Shown here: positions 20,105-29,765 of the stretch, piece by piece
Numbering within the stretch: position 1 is the first letter of the stretch
Layout of the letters: the number at the start of each line of letters is the position of its first letter
Source of the DNA: Anaerohalosphaeraceae bacterium
GTDB taxonomy: Bacteria; Planctomycetota; Phycisphaerae; Sedimentisphaerales; Anaerohalosphaeraceae
Reading direction: 5' to 3'
Assembly: GCA_963675525.2 (NCBI GenBank)
Contig: CAXXSL010000016.1
Location: 704,001-768,000, forward strand
DNA: 64,000 nt
The notes under the pieces: generated by a model
Told to the model about the DNA's origin: nothing
Seen by the model: only the letters and a program-made list of their open reading frames with translations
Databases searched by the model: none
Position numbers and translations under genes: made by a program

Positions 20105-20890
20105 TTATCGCCCGTCGGCCAACCGGTCGCCTTCAAAGTTGTCCAGTTCAGGGATCGCATAGATCTTTGCGGCTGCAGCTTTGAAATCATACTCCAGCCG
20201 GACAAAGTTCACGTTGTTATCCTCGATATACACATAGCTTGCCCGATTGTCACGGTCGCGGGGTTGGCCAACCGAACCGACATTGATGATCGCCTTTTCG
20301 TCGGGAATGATCGGATACGCTCCGCCCAACTCTTCGGGGCTGTAAAAATCCGGGTCCTCCAGAAACACGCCGGGCAAGTGCGTATGCCCGACAAAGCAAA
20401 CGTGCTTGACCCGCTCAAACAACGCGCTCATTTTACCGGTGGTCGTGTACACATCATCCGGAAATACGTACTCATTGATGGGCCGGCGGGGCGAAGCGTG
20501 TACAAAATCGAGCGTCGCATCCACATCACCCATTTCCAACTGCATGGACCACCGCATTTTCTGGCTGCCCAGATAGCTCCAGCGTTTGTTGCTTTTTTCG
20601 CGGTCGGTTTCTTCCTCCAGCACCTTGCGCGTCCAGAAAGTCGCTGCTTCGGCGCCGGAATTAAAATTCGTCGGTTCGTACAGTGCCGCGTAGTCGTGAT
20701 TGCCCTGTACGCAGTTTTCGGTCTTTTCGATAACCAAATCGAGACACTCTTTGGGATTGGCCGCATAGCCGATCACGTCGCCAAGACAGTAGATCGTCTT
20801 GATGCCCCGCTTTTCAATATCATCCAATACCGTCGTCAATGCTTCGAGGTTGGAATGAATGTCACTGATAATCGCAAACATAGCCGTCAC
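20105..20890 (-). CDS. Metallophosphoesterase family protein
   Basis: SDIHSN, GDVIGY, GNHD, GHTH, NVGSVGQPRD. Confidence 0.92.
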   Translation of the reverse strand: MTAMFAIISDIHSNLEALTTVLDDIEKRGIKTIYCLGDVIGYAANPKECLDLVIEKTENCVQGNHDYAALYEPTNFNSGAEAATFWTRKVLEEETDREKSNKRWSYLGSQKMRWSMQLEMGDVDATLDFVHASPRRPINEYVFPDDVYTTTGKMSALFERVKHVCFVGHTHLPGVFLEDPDFYSPEELGGAYPIIPDEKAIINVGSVGQPRDRDNRASYVYIEDNNVNFVRLEYDFKAAAAKIYAIPELDNFEGDRLADGR

Positions 20891-20974
20891 CTGATATAAT
20901 TTTACGTTACGAACACTATAATATAGTTACCGGAAAAGCCTTATATATCACAAACACCCCCGTCATGCCATGAA

Positions 20975-21012
20975 AAATTCGAAGCACGAAATCCGAAATA
21001 CGAAACAAATCC
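20975..21012. repeat. Heptamer short tandem repeat (AAATyCG-like)
   Basis: AAATTCG AAGCACG AAATCCG AAATACG AAAC. Confidence 0.55.
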
Positions 21013-21120
21013 AAGTACCCAAAATTCAGAATATTCTTAACCAACTCCGATTTTGGATGTGTTTTTGAATTTATGCATTAAAAAAATCGCAAGTGTCATT
21101 TCAAAAACCTCTTACGCACC

Positions 21121-21828
21121 TTAAAGCGGTTTTTTGGCCTTTGCCATCGCCCCCAGCAGGCAGTCCATGCCGGCAGGTGTTATGTTGTGTTTATGGCGGT
21201 ACTTAGCGACAGCTCCGGCTGCGACGGGTCCGGCCTGTGCCGGGCAAATCAATTCCAGCCCGTCGGCTCCCAGCCAGCTTCCTCGCATCAAGGTAAAGGA
21301 AATCATGAAAAATGAGAATTTCCCAGCCTCCCCTATGTCCAGATGGTCAATATCGAACGGCAGCACGCCCCGCATCGACTCAAAGGCCGACGGCCCGTAA
21401 AGGCCCAGCATGGCTGTTTTTTCGGTCATATCGGCCACGGAAACGGTGCCATTCGCGGCTGATTCGAGTTTTTTTTGAACGATCTGCGTCTTTTCCGGGC
21501 AGGTCAGTACAATAAAATCGCCGTTAAGCCGGAGGACTCGGCACACGATTTCCTCGCCATCGAAAGTTCCTTTAGCCCATGCCCAGGAATCGGCCACAAA
21601 AGAGCCGCTTTTTTCAGGAAAAACACCGTTGAGGATCTCTTTGGTCCGGTCGCCTTTCAGATATAGCCGGCCAAAACTGCAAAGATCGACCACGGCGCAA
21701 TGGGCATCGATGGCCTGTAATTCGGCCTGCGGGTCGCCGAAATCGGCCGGCAGCGACCACCCGGCATACTCACCAAAACGCGCATCCAACTGGCGATGCA
21801 CCGAATCAAAAGGACTGACTTTCAACAT
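21121..21828 (-). CDS. Aminomethyltransferase folate-binding domain protein (GcvT/YgfZ-like, short)
   Basis: H..LDARFGEYAGWSLPADF, VVDLCSFGRL, LGLYGP. Confidence 0.7.
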   Translation of the reverse strand: MLKVSPFDSVHRQLDARFGEYAGWSLPADFGDPQAELQAIDAHCAVVDLCSFGRLYLKGDRTKEILNGVFPEKSGSFVADSWAWAKGTFDGEEIVCRVLRLNGDFIVLTCPEKTQIVQKKLESAANGTVSVADMTEKTAMLGLYGPSAFESMRGVLPFDIDHLDIGEAGKFSFFMISFTLMRGSWLGADGLELICPAQAGPVAAGAVAKYRHKHNITPAGMDCLLGAMAKAKKPL

Positions 21829-21849
21829 AAAAACCCCAAATTGCCTTTC

Positions 21850-21877
21850 TGTCATTCCCGTGAAGGCGGGAATCCAG
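21850..21877. repeat. REP-like palindrome TGTCATTCCCGTGAAGGCGGGAATCCAG
   Basis: Reverse complement of 16377-16404 with one difference. Confidence 0.8.
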
Positions 21878-22066
21878 GTTATTCTCTTTATTTTGTTTCC
21901 TCAAAGAACAACCAGTTTATCAGAAACCAACACCTGCGCCAACCAATTACTAAAGCACCAAATAATATCGCGGCGGCCCTACACTTAAAAATCCCTTTTT
22001 ACATTGCTCAAAAAGCTGGTATAATACCGGCGGTTAATGAATTAGATTGAAATTAGGAGAATTCCT

Positions 22067-22825
22067 TTGGTTGATATGACGCTTTTGGAAACGCAGGGAC
22101 TGGTCAAGCGCTACTCCGGAAGAACGGTGGTCAATGATGTCAACATCACCGTGAGCCAGCGGTCCATCGTGGGCCTGCTGGGCCGAAACGGCGCCGGCAA
22201 GACCACCTCGTTCCGCATGACCATCGGCATGATCATCCCGGACGACGGCAGTGTTTTCTTCGAGGGCCACGACGTGACGAAAATGCCGATGTACAAACGC
22301 GCCCGCCTGGGCATGGGGTACCTGTCGCAGGAACCGAGCGTTTTTCAGCGGCTGACGGTCAAGGAAAACCTGCTGGCGATCCTGGAGACAATGGCGATTG
22401 CCAAGGCCGAACGGATACGCCGGTGCGAGGACCTGATCGAACGCTTCGGGCTCGGTGAGGTGCGCAAAAGCCAGGCACGGTTTTTGTCCGGCGGGGAACG
22501 GCGCAAACTGGAGATCGCCCGCGCGATGGTGACCAACCCGTCGCTGATCCTGCTGGATGAGCCGTTTAGCGGTGTGGACCCGATCGCCGTCGAAGAACTG
22601 CAGGGCGAGATCCGCCGACTGGTTGCCTCCGGCGTAAGCATTCTGATCACCGACCACAACGTCGAGCGAACCCTTGAGGTGTCCGACAAAGCCTATATTC
22701 TCGACCACGGCAAAGTCATCGCCGAAGGCGCTCCCAAAGACATCATCCAGAACGAGCTGGTCAAAAAAAGCTACCTGGGCCATACCTTCCGCGGTGATGA
22801 ATTCGACGAACAGGAAGAAGCATAA
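22067..22825 (+). CDS. lptB: LPS export ABC transporter ATP-binding protein
   Basis: GRNGAGKTT, PMYKRARLGMGYL.QE, LSGGERR, DEPFSGVDPI, ITDHNV. Confidence 0.93.
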   Translation: MVDMTLLETQGLVKRYSGRTVVNDVNITVSQRSIVGLLGRNGAGKTTSFRMTIGMIIPDDGSVFFEGHDVTKMPMYKRARLGMGYLSQEPSVFQRLTVKENLLAILETMAIAKAERIRRCEDLIERFGLGEVRKSQARFLSGGERRKLEIARAMVTNPSLILLDEPFSGVDPIAVEELQGEIRRLVASGVSILITDHNVERTLEVSDKAYILDHGKVIAEGAPKDIIQNELVKKSYLGHTFRGDEFDEQEEA

Positions 22826-22855
22826 AGAACCTTCCGATTTTATTTTTCCTTTAAT

Positions 22856-23695
22856 GTGAAAACAACTGAGCACAAATCTTCTTTAAAATGGCTTAATATA
22901 ACCTTATGGGTGTTCCTTATTGCCCTGTTAGGACTTTCCGGTTTTCTCAATCTTACCAGTGTTTTATTCTACTCGAAAACCTTTTCTTTATTTATACTTG
23001 TATGTTCGATTGTAATAATTGCAGTAAAATCAATCGTAAAAATACGTATCTTAAAGAAGGAGGGAGCAACGCATAGAAAAACATTATTCGTCGAAATCAT
23101 TTTATCATGCCTCTTCTGTCTATTGTTTTTCTCAAATGCGATCATACCAAAATATAGAATTAAGCAAATAGCACAAAAAGCTCATTTAGATTTACCCTCT
23201 TTTATAACAGTACACTATTTCGAAGAAAGCATCCATTGGGTTGGTTCAGAAGATAGTTATTACATAACAATTTCTTTTCCTAAAAAACACATTATGTCTT
23301 TTACAAAACCCTTTTGGCCGGAAGGTGACCGGTTAACCCAGGTAGTGCCTGACAATGAACGTGAAGGTCTTCCGATACTGACTTGGCGAGATGAATTGCT
23401 CCCTAAAATTAAACTACTTGAGGCTTGGGTAGATAATCCCCCTCCTGATCCAAATCAAATTATTAAAGTACGAGATGAAGTTCTCGGAGAAGGTGGCCGT
23501 CTTCCAAGCTCTTTTGAGGCTTTCGCTTACGAAAAAGACAATACTTTCAGCCTGTGGCAGTGGCTTGGTAGAGACGGTAATGTAAAGCATAAACATTGGG
23601 CAGCAGGGAAACAAACGGGAGGAGATGTGGATTTATTCATAGATATAGAAAAAGAGGATACCGCTACGGCCTATATGGATATCGTTTTAAACTGA
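22856..23695 (+). CDS. Hypothetical membrane protein (about 3 N-terminal TM helices), AT-rich
   Basis: 279-aa ORF with hydrophobic N-terminus; visibly lower GC than flanks. Confidence 0.6.
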   Translation: MKTTEHKSSLKWLNITLWVFLIALLGLSGFLNLTSVLFYSKTFSLFILVCSIVIIAVKSIVKIRILKKEGATHRKTLFVEIILSCLFCLLFFSNAIIPKYRIKQIAQKAHLDLPSFITVHYFEESIHWVGSEDSYYITISFPKKHIMSFTKPFWPEGDRLTQVVPDNEREGLPILTWRDELLPKIKLLEAWVDNPPPDPNQIIKVRDEVLGEGGRLPSSFEAFAYEKDNTFSLWQWLGRDGNVKHKHWAAGKQTGGDVDLFIDIEKEDTATAYMDIVLN

Positions 23696-23875
23696 CCCGA
23701 AATGTCACCAATTGGCTACATTTCGGCCAATCTAAAGCTAGAGTTTATAGTAGCCCGGCTTTGTATCAAAAACAGGTCGTTAATTTCGTTGTTATTATGT
23801 GAAAAATAAGTATAATATTTCGCATGGAAAATATCAGGGCTTAAACGACAGGAAAATATTACCAAAAACAGTATA

Positions 23876-24166
23876 ATGGACTATAGCCGGATTATATTTA
23901 GTGGTCACGCAATTCGCCAGATGTTTCAACGTGTGATTAGCAAGGACGATGTTTTAGCGGTTATCCGGAGCGGCGAAGTAATCATTGATTATCCGGACGA
24001 TAAACCTTATCCGAGTTACCTAATACTTGGTTTCGTTAAAAACAGTCCGTTGCATGTTGTTTTCGCTTTAGACGAAGAAAATCAAATTGGTATTGTCATA
24101 ACCGCCTATGTCCCAGACTCGCATTTGTGGACAGGGGATTTTAAACTGAGGAGAAATAAATCATGA
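23876..24166 (+). CDS. DUF4258 family putative toxin
   Basis: FSGHAIRQMFQR.I...IIDYPDDKPYPSYLILG...PLHVV...ITAY.PD. Confidence 0.85.
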   Translation: MDYSRIIFSGHAIRQMFQRVISKDDVLAVIRSGEVIIDYPDDKPYPSYLILGFVKNSPLHVVFALDEENQIGIVITAYVPDSHLWTGDFKLRRNKS

Positions 24167-24387
24167 AATGTGTGATTTGTAGACAAGGTCAAACACATGA
24201 CGGTTTGGCTACGGTAACACTGGAAAGAGGCCGTACCACGGTTGTCATTAAAGACGTGCCGGCCGAGATTTGTGAAAATTGCGGTGAATACTATCTCAGC
24301 GAGGAAGTTACCGCAAAAGTTCAGGGCTTAGCCGAAAAGGCGTTCCAACAGGGCGTCGAGATTGAAGTGTTGCGGTATGCAGCCTGA
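24163..24387 (+). CDS. YgiT-type zinc finger / MqsA-family antitoxin
   Basis: MKCVIC...VIKDVPAEICENCGEYY; ATGA overlap with the toxin. Confidence 0.88.
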   Translation: MKCVICRQGQTHDGLATVTLERGRTTVVIKDVPAEICENCGEYYLSEEVTAKVQGLAEKAFQQGVEIEVLRYAA

Positions 24388-24403
24388 CATAAAGGTATTT
24401 CAA

Positions 24404-24928
24404 ATGACTGATTACTCCAACTGTTCGATCACACATTATCCGACGCCGGTGCTGCGGGAAAAGGCAAAGCCCATTGAGGAAATTAACGACGACATCCGCA
24501 AACTGGCCGAGCGGATGATCGATATTATGGTCGAAACGAAAGGCGTCGGTCTGGCCGGACCGCAGGCGGGTGTGAACCTGCGTATTTTCGTGGTGTCCAT
24601 TGACGGAACGAAAGAAAGTGCCAAGGTTTACATCAACCCCACGGTCAAGCCCGAAGGTAAGATGGTCGCCAACGAGGAAGGCTGCCTGTCGCTGCCGGGA
24701 ATTTTCGGGAACGTGAACCGCTACAGCAAATGTACCGTCACCGCGACCGACCTGGACGGCCATGAATTCACGGAAGTTGGCGAAGGGCTGCTAGCGCGGG
24801 CGTTTCAGCATGAATTTGACCATTTGGAAGGCACGATGATTAAGGATCGCCTCGGTTATGCCGCCAAACTTCGTGCCCGACGAAAACTCAAGCAGATGGA
24901 AGAAGAATACGACGAAAATTCGAAATAA
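24404..24928 (+). CDS. def: Peptide deformylase
   Basis: GVGLAGPQ, EGCLSLP, QHEFDHLEG. Confidence 0.96.
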   Translation: MTDYSNCSITHYPTPVLREKAKPIEEINDDIRKLAERMIDIMVETKGVGLAGPQAGVNLRIFVVSIDGTKESAKVYINPTVKPEGKMVANEEGCLSLPGIFGNVNRYSKCTVTATDLDGHEFTEVGEGLLARAFQHEFDHLEGTMIKDRLGYAAKLRARRKLKQMEEEYDENSK

Positions 24929-24957
24929 GAAACGCCAAACAAATCCGAACATTCAAT

Positions 24958-25944
24958 GTGTCTAAACCTATGCGAATTATCTACTTCGGTTCCGCACAAT
25001 TCGGTATTCCGTCTCTGGAGGCCATCAGTAACAGTCACCATGAACTGGTTGAGGTGTTCACGCAGCCGGCACGGCCGTCCGGGCGGCACCGCAGCAAGCC
25101 GACGCCGACGGACGTGGAATTATGGTGTCATAAACACAACATCCGCTGTCTTGAAGCAGAAAATGTCAACCAGCCTGATATGATCCGCAAAATTGCCGAC
25201 TGTAAGGCCGATTTACTCGTCGTTATCGCATTCGGGCAAAAAGTCAGCCAGGAAGTCATCAGCCTGCAAAAATACGGCGCGGTCAATGTACACGGTTCGC
25301 TGCTGCCGAAGTATCGCGGGGCCGCCCCGATCCATTGGGCGATGATGAACGGAGAAACCGAAACCGGCGTCAGCATCATTACTTTAGCCGACCGGATGGA
25401 TGCCGGGCTGATATTGGCACAGGGGAAACTACCCATCGGCCCGGAAGACACATTTCAAACGATGCACGACAAATTGTCCGAATTGTCTGTGCCGATCCTC
25501 ATGCAAACGATCGAACAACTCGCCAACGGGACGGCCACGTTTACCGAACAGGACGAATCGCAGGTGACATATGCCCATAAACTGCAAAAAAAGGACGGTT
25601 TTATCGACTGGAAAAAACCAGCCGGGCAACTGACCAACCAGATTCGCGGATTGTGCCCCTGGCCCAGTGCCCAAAGTGTCTACGTTTCGGCCGAAACCGG
25701 AAAACACTGGCGCATTACCATTTCCAATGCCCGTGCCCTGCCGCGGGAAAGCAAAACAGGCGATGTCATCGGTCAGCTTGACGAGAATCTGCATGTTATC
25801 TGCGGGCAGGGAGCATTGGAGATCGCAGAGCTTAAACCGGCGGGGTCGGCGTTGATGAGTTTTGAGTCTTTCGTCAACGGGCACAAGTGCAAACCCGGCG
25901 ACTTATTCGTTTCGGCCGAAAAAGCCTTAAACGGAATATTCTGA
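24958..25944 (+). CDS. fmt: Methionyl-tRNA formyltransferase
   Basis: TQP, NVHGSLLPKYRGAAPI, MDAG. Confidence 0.96.
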   Translation: MSKPMRIIYFGSAQFGIPSLEAISNSHHELVEVFTQPARPSGRHRSKPTPTDVELWCHKHNIRCLEAENVNQPDMIRKIADCKADLLVVIAFGQKVSQEVISLQKYGAVNVHGSLLPKYRGAAPIHWAMMNGETETGVSIITLADRMDAGLILAQGKLPIGPEDTFQTMHDKLSELSVPILMQTIEQLANGTATFTEQDESQVTYAHKLQKKDGFIDWKKPAGQLTNQIRGLCPWPSAQSVYVSAETGKHWRITISNARALPRESKTGDVIGQLDENLHVICGQGALEIAELKPAGSALMSFESFVNGHKCKPGDLFVSAEKALNGIF

Positions 25945-27326
25945 TGGCACCGCAACCATTCACGGCCCGAAAAACCGCCTGGCTGGTACTAAACCAGTGC
26001 GACATCAAGCGTCATGACGCATCTGAACTTTTAAATGGGTATCTGCCGAAGACCGACCGCCCCGCACAGGCAACCGATATTGTCTTTGGCGTGTTGCGAA
26101 ACCGAACGGCAATCGACTGCATCATCAAAAAATGCGGCTCTGTCGAACCGGATCACGTTAAGCCGGCCATCTGGAACCTGTTGCGCATCGGGACCTACGA
26201 ACTTGTTTACGCCCCGAAGACCGCCGAGTACGCTATTTTGAATGAAGCCGCCGACCTGGCCCGACAAAAAGGGTCCTCAAAAACAGTCGGCTTTATCAAT
26301 GGGGTCCTTCGTGCGATTCAAAAAAAAATTGTTTTGCGAGAAAGCCCCCTGCCTGAAACAAATAAACAAAAAATAATCCCTCAAAATCCACAAACGGGTT
26401 GTCTGTTTGCGATCGATTTGCTGCCGGGCCCCGATAAAGAACCGGTTAATTATTACAGTACCGCATTTTCACTTCCAACACCGCTTATTTCGCAGTGGCT
26501 CAAGGATTACGGCGAAGATAAAACGACCGATTTGTGTTTTGCGTCCAATCGACACCCCTCTGTTATCCTGCAGCCGAACACGCTTTGCACAACCGCAGAA
26601 AAACTAGCAGATCTTCTTGGCGGTCAGGGCATTGAATGTGAAATAAATGCTGAAAAAACAATGCTTTGTGCCAAACATACCGGCTCGGTTACAAAAATTC
26701 AGGCGTTTTTGGACGGTTTCTTCACGATCCAGGATCCCACCGCCGCCGAAGCGATGCAATTGCTGAAACCGCGACCCGGCTGGACAATTTTCGATCTGTG
26801 CGCAGCGCCGGGTGGAAAAAGTATCGCCCTAGCCATGCTTATGCAGGATAAAGGAACGATCCTGGCCAGTGACAATGACAAAACCCGGTTGCAAAAAGTC
26901 TGCCAAAACGTCAAGCGCATGCGATTAAACGCGATTGAGGTGGTTGAGCCGAAAAATATCGAACAGAAAATTCGAAAACTGAAACACCTCGACGCGATCA
27001 TCCTTGATGTGCCCTGCTCAAACACGGGTGTATTGGCGCGTCGGGTTGAGGCACGATGGCATCTGCGGAAAAACAACCTCAACAGTTTGCTGAAAATACA
27101 AACGCAGTTATTGCGTCGCGCAGCCGCTTTGTGTCAACGCACAACGGCCCTTGTTTATTCCACATGCAGCATCCTGCCCGAAGAAAACCAACAGCAAATC
27201 CAACAGTTTTTATCACAACACACCCCGTTTAGGTTAATTACGGAGAAGCTGACGCTGCCAGCACTGAAAACGCAAAATTTATTTGACCATGACGGCGGAT
27301 ACGTTGCGATTTTACAACAAAAATAA
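25944..27326 (+). CDS. rsmB: 16S rRNA m5C967 methyltransferase RsmB/Sun (NusB-like N-terminus)
   Basis: FINGVLR, IQD, DLCAAPGGK, DVPCSNTG, VYSTCSI, DGGY. Confidence 0.9.
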   Translation: MAPQPFTARKTAWLVLNQCDIKRHDASELLNGYLPKTDRPAQATDIVFGVLRNRTAIDCIIKKCGSVEPDHVKPAIWNLLRIGTYELVYAPKTAEYAILNEAADLARQKGSSKTVGFINGVLRAIQKKIVLRESPLPETNKQKIIPQNPQTGCLFAIDLLPGPDKEPVNYYSTAFSLPTPLISQWLKDYGEDKTTDLCFASNRHPSVILQPNTLCTTAEKLADLLGGQGIECEINAEKTMLCAKHTGSVTKIQAFLDGFFTIQDPTAAEAMQLLKPRPGWTIFDLCAAPGGKSIALAMLMQDKGTILASDNDKTRLQKVCQNVKRMRLNAIEVVEPKNIEQKIRKLKHLDAIILDVPCSNTGVLARRVEARWHLRKNNLNSLLKIQTQLLRRAAALCQRTTALVYSTCSILPEENQQQIQQFLSQHTPFRLITEKLTLPALKTQNLFDHDGGYVAILQQK

Positions 27327-27365
27327 CCCTCGTTTCTGTTTCTATTAACAGAAAAATTGGAACCG

Positions 27366-27475
27366 CATTCCACAAGTTTTCCACATGTTCTATTTGCACT
27401 GTTAACAGTCTGTTAAGAACATTTTTTTTTCGTTCGTAAGTGACGCTGTTACTGATACCTTGACAGTGTGGATAA
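27366..27475. promoter_or_regulatory. DnaA-box cluster upstream of dnaA (candidate oriC or autoregulatory site)
   Basis: TTTTCCACA 27377-27385, TGTGGATAA 27467-27475, degenerate CATTCCACA 27366-27374. Confidence 0.7.
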
Positions 27476-27598
27476 GAATTTCAAAAAATGCCCGTTGCAA
27501 CGGGCAACCTTCACATCTATTATTGAGCTAACTTGGTGTCAGGCATTAGAAATAAACAACACAGCAACGACAGTGCACAAGACGGACAGGAGTGTTCA

Positions 27599-29002
27599 AT
27601 GCAGGCGGTATTCACGGATGAAATTAAAGCGATACACGAGCGTATTGCAGAAAAAATAGGTGGCACACAATATCAGGTTTGGTTTAAAGGGGCCACCCGG
27701 TTGACAATGAACGAGGATCATTTTGAGGTGGCCGCGGCGAATCCTTTCATCAGCAATTGGATCGAGGGTCATTTTCGGCCGGTGATTACCGAAGCTGTAT
27801 TGGAAATATTCGGTAAAAAACACCCTATTCGCTTCCAAATCGACACTTCACTGGTCAAAACGCCGATAAGGCCCTCACTGCCGTCTCAAAATACACAGCG
27901 GGTTCTGAATTCGCTCAAGCGAACGCCGCTGGGTGCCAAACCACATGGGGTCGGCAATCCGTTAAAGTTAACATTAGACAGTTTTGTGGTTGGCGTGAAA
28001 AACCAATTAGCCTACAACGCCGCCAAGTCGGTCATCGACCAGCCGCAAAGTCCGTTCAATCCGCTTTTTATGCATGGCGGATACGGAATTGGAAAAACGC
28101 ATCTGCTCCAGGGCATCTGCAACGAAATGCACACCAGTCGCCCCGGGTGTCGCTGGACGTATCTGTCAGCCGAAGACTTTGCCAACCAATATGTCGTTGC
28201 GCTCAAAACGAGGAAGTTGGACGCCTTCCGCAACCGATTCCGTAATATGGACCTGCTGGTCATTGACGATATCCATTTTCTGGCTAATAAAAACGCAATG
28301 CAGGAAGAATTTCTGCACACCTTCAACAGTATCGATCTGGCGGGCAAACAAGTCGTTCTCGCATCTGATGCACATCCCAAAGAGATTGGGCAACTTTGCG
28401 AGAAACTCGTAAACCGTTTTGTCTCAGGCATGGTGGTGCGCATGGATGCGCCGGATTTTGAAATGCGGTGCCGTATTTGTACGCAACGTACCAAAAGCAT
28501 GGAGCTGAAACTTTCACAGGAGGTGATCGAGTACGTTGCCGGCAGCATCAGCGCAAATGTTCGCGAACTGGAGGGGGCCTTGGTCAAACTGGCGGCCTTC
28601 GCTTCATTGAGCGGACAAAAGATCTCGCTGGCTGTTGCCCAACAAGTGCTGGCTGAACATATTGCTCGGACGGATCCGGTGGTACATAGTTCGGACATTG
28701 TCTCGGCAACCGCTGCTTTCTTCGAAGTGAGCGTCACAGACATCTATTCGGCGAAAAAAGACCGCACCATCAGCCTTGCCCGTTCCTTCGGGATGTACCT
28801 GACTCGCCGGTTCACCAAAATGAGTTTTCCGGAGATCGGCCGGGGTATGGGTGACAAGAACCACGCTACGGTTATCCTGGCCTGCCGTAAGATCGAAAAT
28901 GCACTGAAAGGCAACGATGAAATGAAATGGCGAACCAAACAGGGCTTCCGCCTGGCGCCAGCCAAAGATATCCTGGACTCTCTCATCGAAAAAATATCAT
29001 GA
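27599..29002 (+). CDS. dnaA: Chromosomal replication initiator DnaA
   Basis: FNPLFMHGGYGIGKTHLL, LVIDDIHFL, QEEFLHTFN, NVRELEGAL, SFPEIG...KNHATVI. Confidence 0.96.
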   Translation: MQAVFTDEIKAIHERIAEKIGGTQYQVWFKGATRLTMNEDHFEVAAANPFISNWIEGHFRPVITEAVLEIFGKKHPIRFQIDTSLVKTPIRPSLPSQNTQRVLNSLKRTPLGAKPHGVGNPLKLTLDSFVVGVKNQLAYNAAKSVIDQPQSPFNPLFMHGGYGIGKTHLLQGICNEMHTSRPGCRWTYLSAEDFANQYVVALKTRKLDAFRNRFRNMDLLVIDDIHFLANKNAMQEEFLHTFNSIDLAGKQVVLASDAHPKEIGQLCEKLVNRFVSGMVVRMDAPDFEMRCRICTQRTKSMELKLSQEVIEYVAGSISANVRELEGALVKLAAFASLSGQKISLAVAQQVLAEHIARTDPVVHSSDIVSATAAFFEVSVTDIYSAKKDRTISLARSFGMYLTRRFTKMSFPEIGRGMGDKNHATVILACRKIENALKGNDEMKWRTKQGFRLAPAKDILDSLIEKIS

Positions 29003-29114
29003 AAAACTCGATTGTTATGCGAAAATCAATAAACGCATAACCTTATCCAACGGCCCATAGGGCCGGATTAATACTGCTTACTAATTCTAAAAGTACAAAT
29101 AGGGAAATCTGCGC

Positions 29115-29220
29115 AAAGAAAAAGCAGCGGGAAGGAGGAACCCGCTGCTCATTTCCCAGGCTTAGAACCTGGCATTAGAAGGAGGAGGAGGGTAATGTTT
29201 TATTTTTAAGCTTCATCTGG
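29115..29220 (-). ncRNA. Candidate sRNA 1 with CCUCCU anti-SD loops and intrinsic terminator
   Basis: Minus strand: CATTA-CCCTCCTCCTCCTTC-TAATG; CCAGG-N7-CCTGG; AGCAGCGGG-TTCCTCCTT-CCCGCTGCT-TTTTCTTT. Confidence 0.6.
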
Positions 29221-29227
29221 ATAATAG

Positions 29228-29252
29228 TACGAAACGGAACCCCCAAAAGTTC
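29228..29252 (-). promoter_or_regulatory. ECF-sigma-type promoter GAAC-N17-CGTA for sRNA 1
   Basis: Minus strand GAAC TTTTGGGGGTTCCGTTT CGTA. Confidence 0.5.
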
Positions 29253-29325
29253 TGGCGAATATTATAATATTTCAGGGAATATTTCAACCCTTTTTCTGGA
29301 ATTTTTCGAAAATACAGGTTAATTT

Positions 29326-29445
29326 AACAAAAAAGCGGTCCGGACCATTCCGAACCGCTTTTTTTTGTTGCACTTTTTAAGGAGGTAACGAGGAGGATGA
29401 TTTATTTCCAAAAGAAGACGATTGTATGAAAAAGAGCTTTTCTAC
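29326..29445 (-). ncRNA. Candidate sRNA 2 with two CCUCCU motifs and terminator
   Basis: Minus strand ...CATCCTCCTCGTTACCTCCTTA... then AGCGGTTCGGA-ATGG-TCCGGACCGCT-TTTTTG; a U-G pair favours the minus strand. Confidence 0.55.
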
Positions 29446-29452
29446 TTGAATA

Positions 29453-29478
29453 TACGCACTTTAGTCCGCTGGGTTTGA
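29453..29478 (-). promoter_or_regulatory. ECF-sigma-type promoter TCAAAC-N16-CGTA for sRNA 2
   Basis: Minus strand TCAAAC CCAGCGGACTAAAGTG CGTA. Confidence 0.5.
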
Positions 29479-29765
29479 AAAAAACTTGTTTTCTTGTAAT
29501 TTTAGCTCCTGTCGGGTAATAATTATATCTCATTTTACCGTCTCCAGTGTGTTAGACACAAACAATCGTGTTTTTCACATAAGATGATTCACAACAGGCT
29601 CCTTTTTGTCGTATTATACTATTTCTGCTTGATTTTTATCGATTAATCGGTACAGTCTTGAATATACAATTATCGAGTACGTTTTGTTAGACAGCACTTA
29701 GAGAAATGAATAGTCAACTTTGACGCAGCAGCCTTATCCGAAACATTTACATGGGAGGTTCGAAT

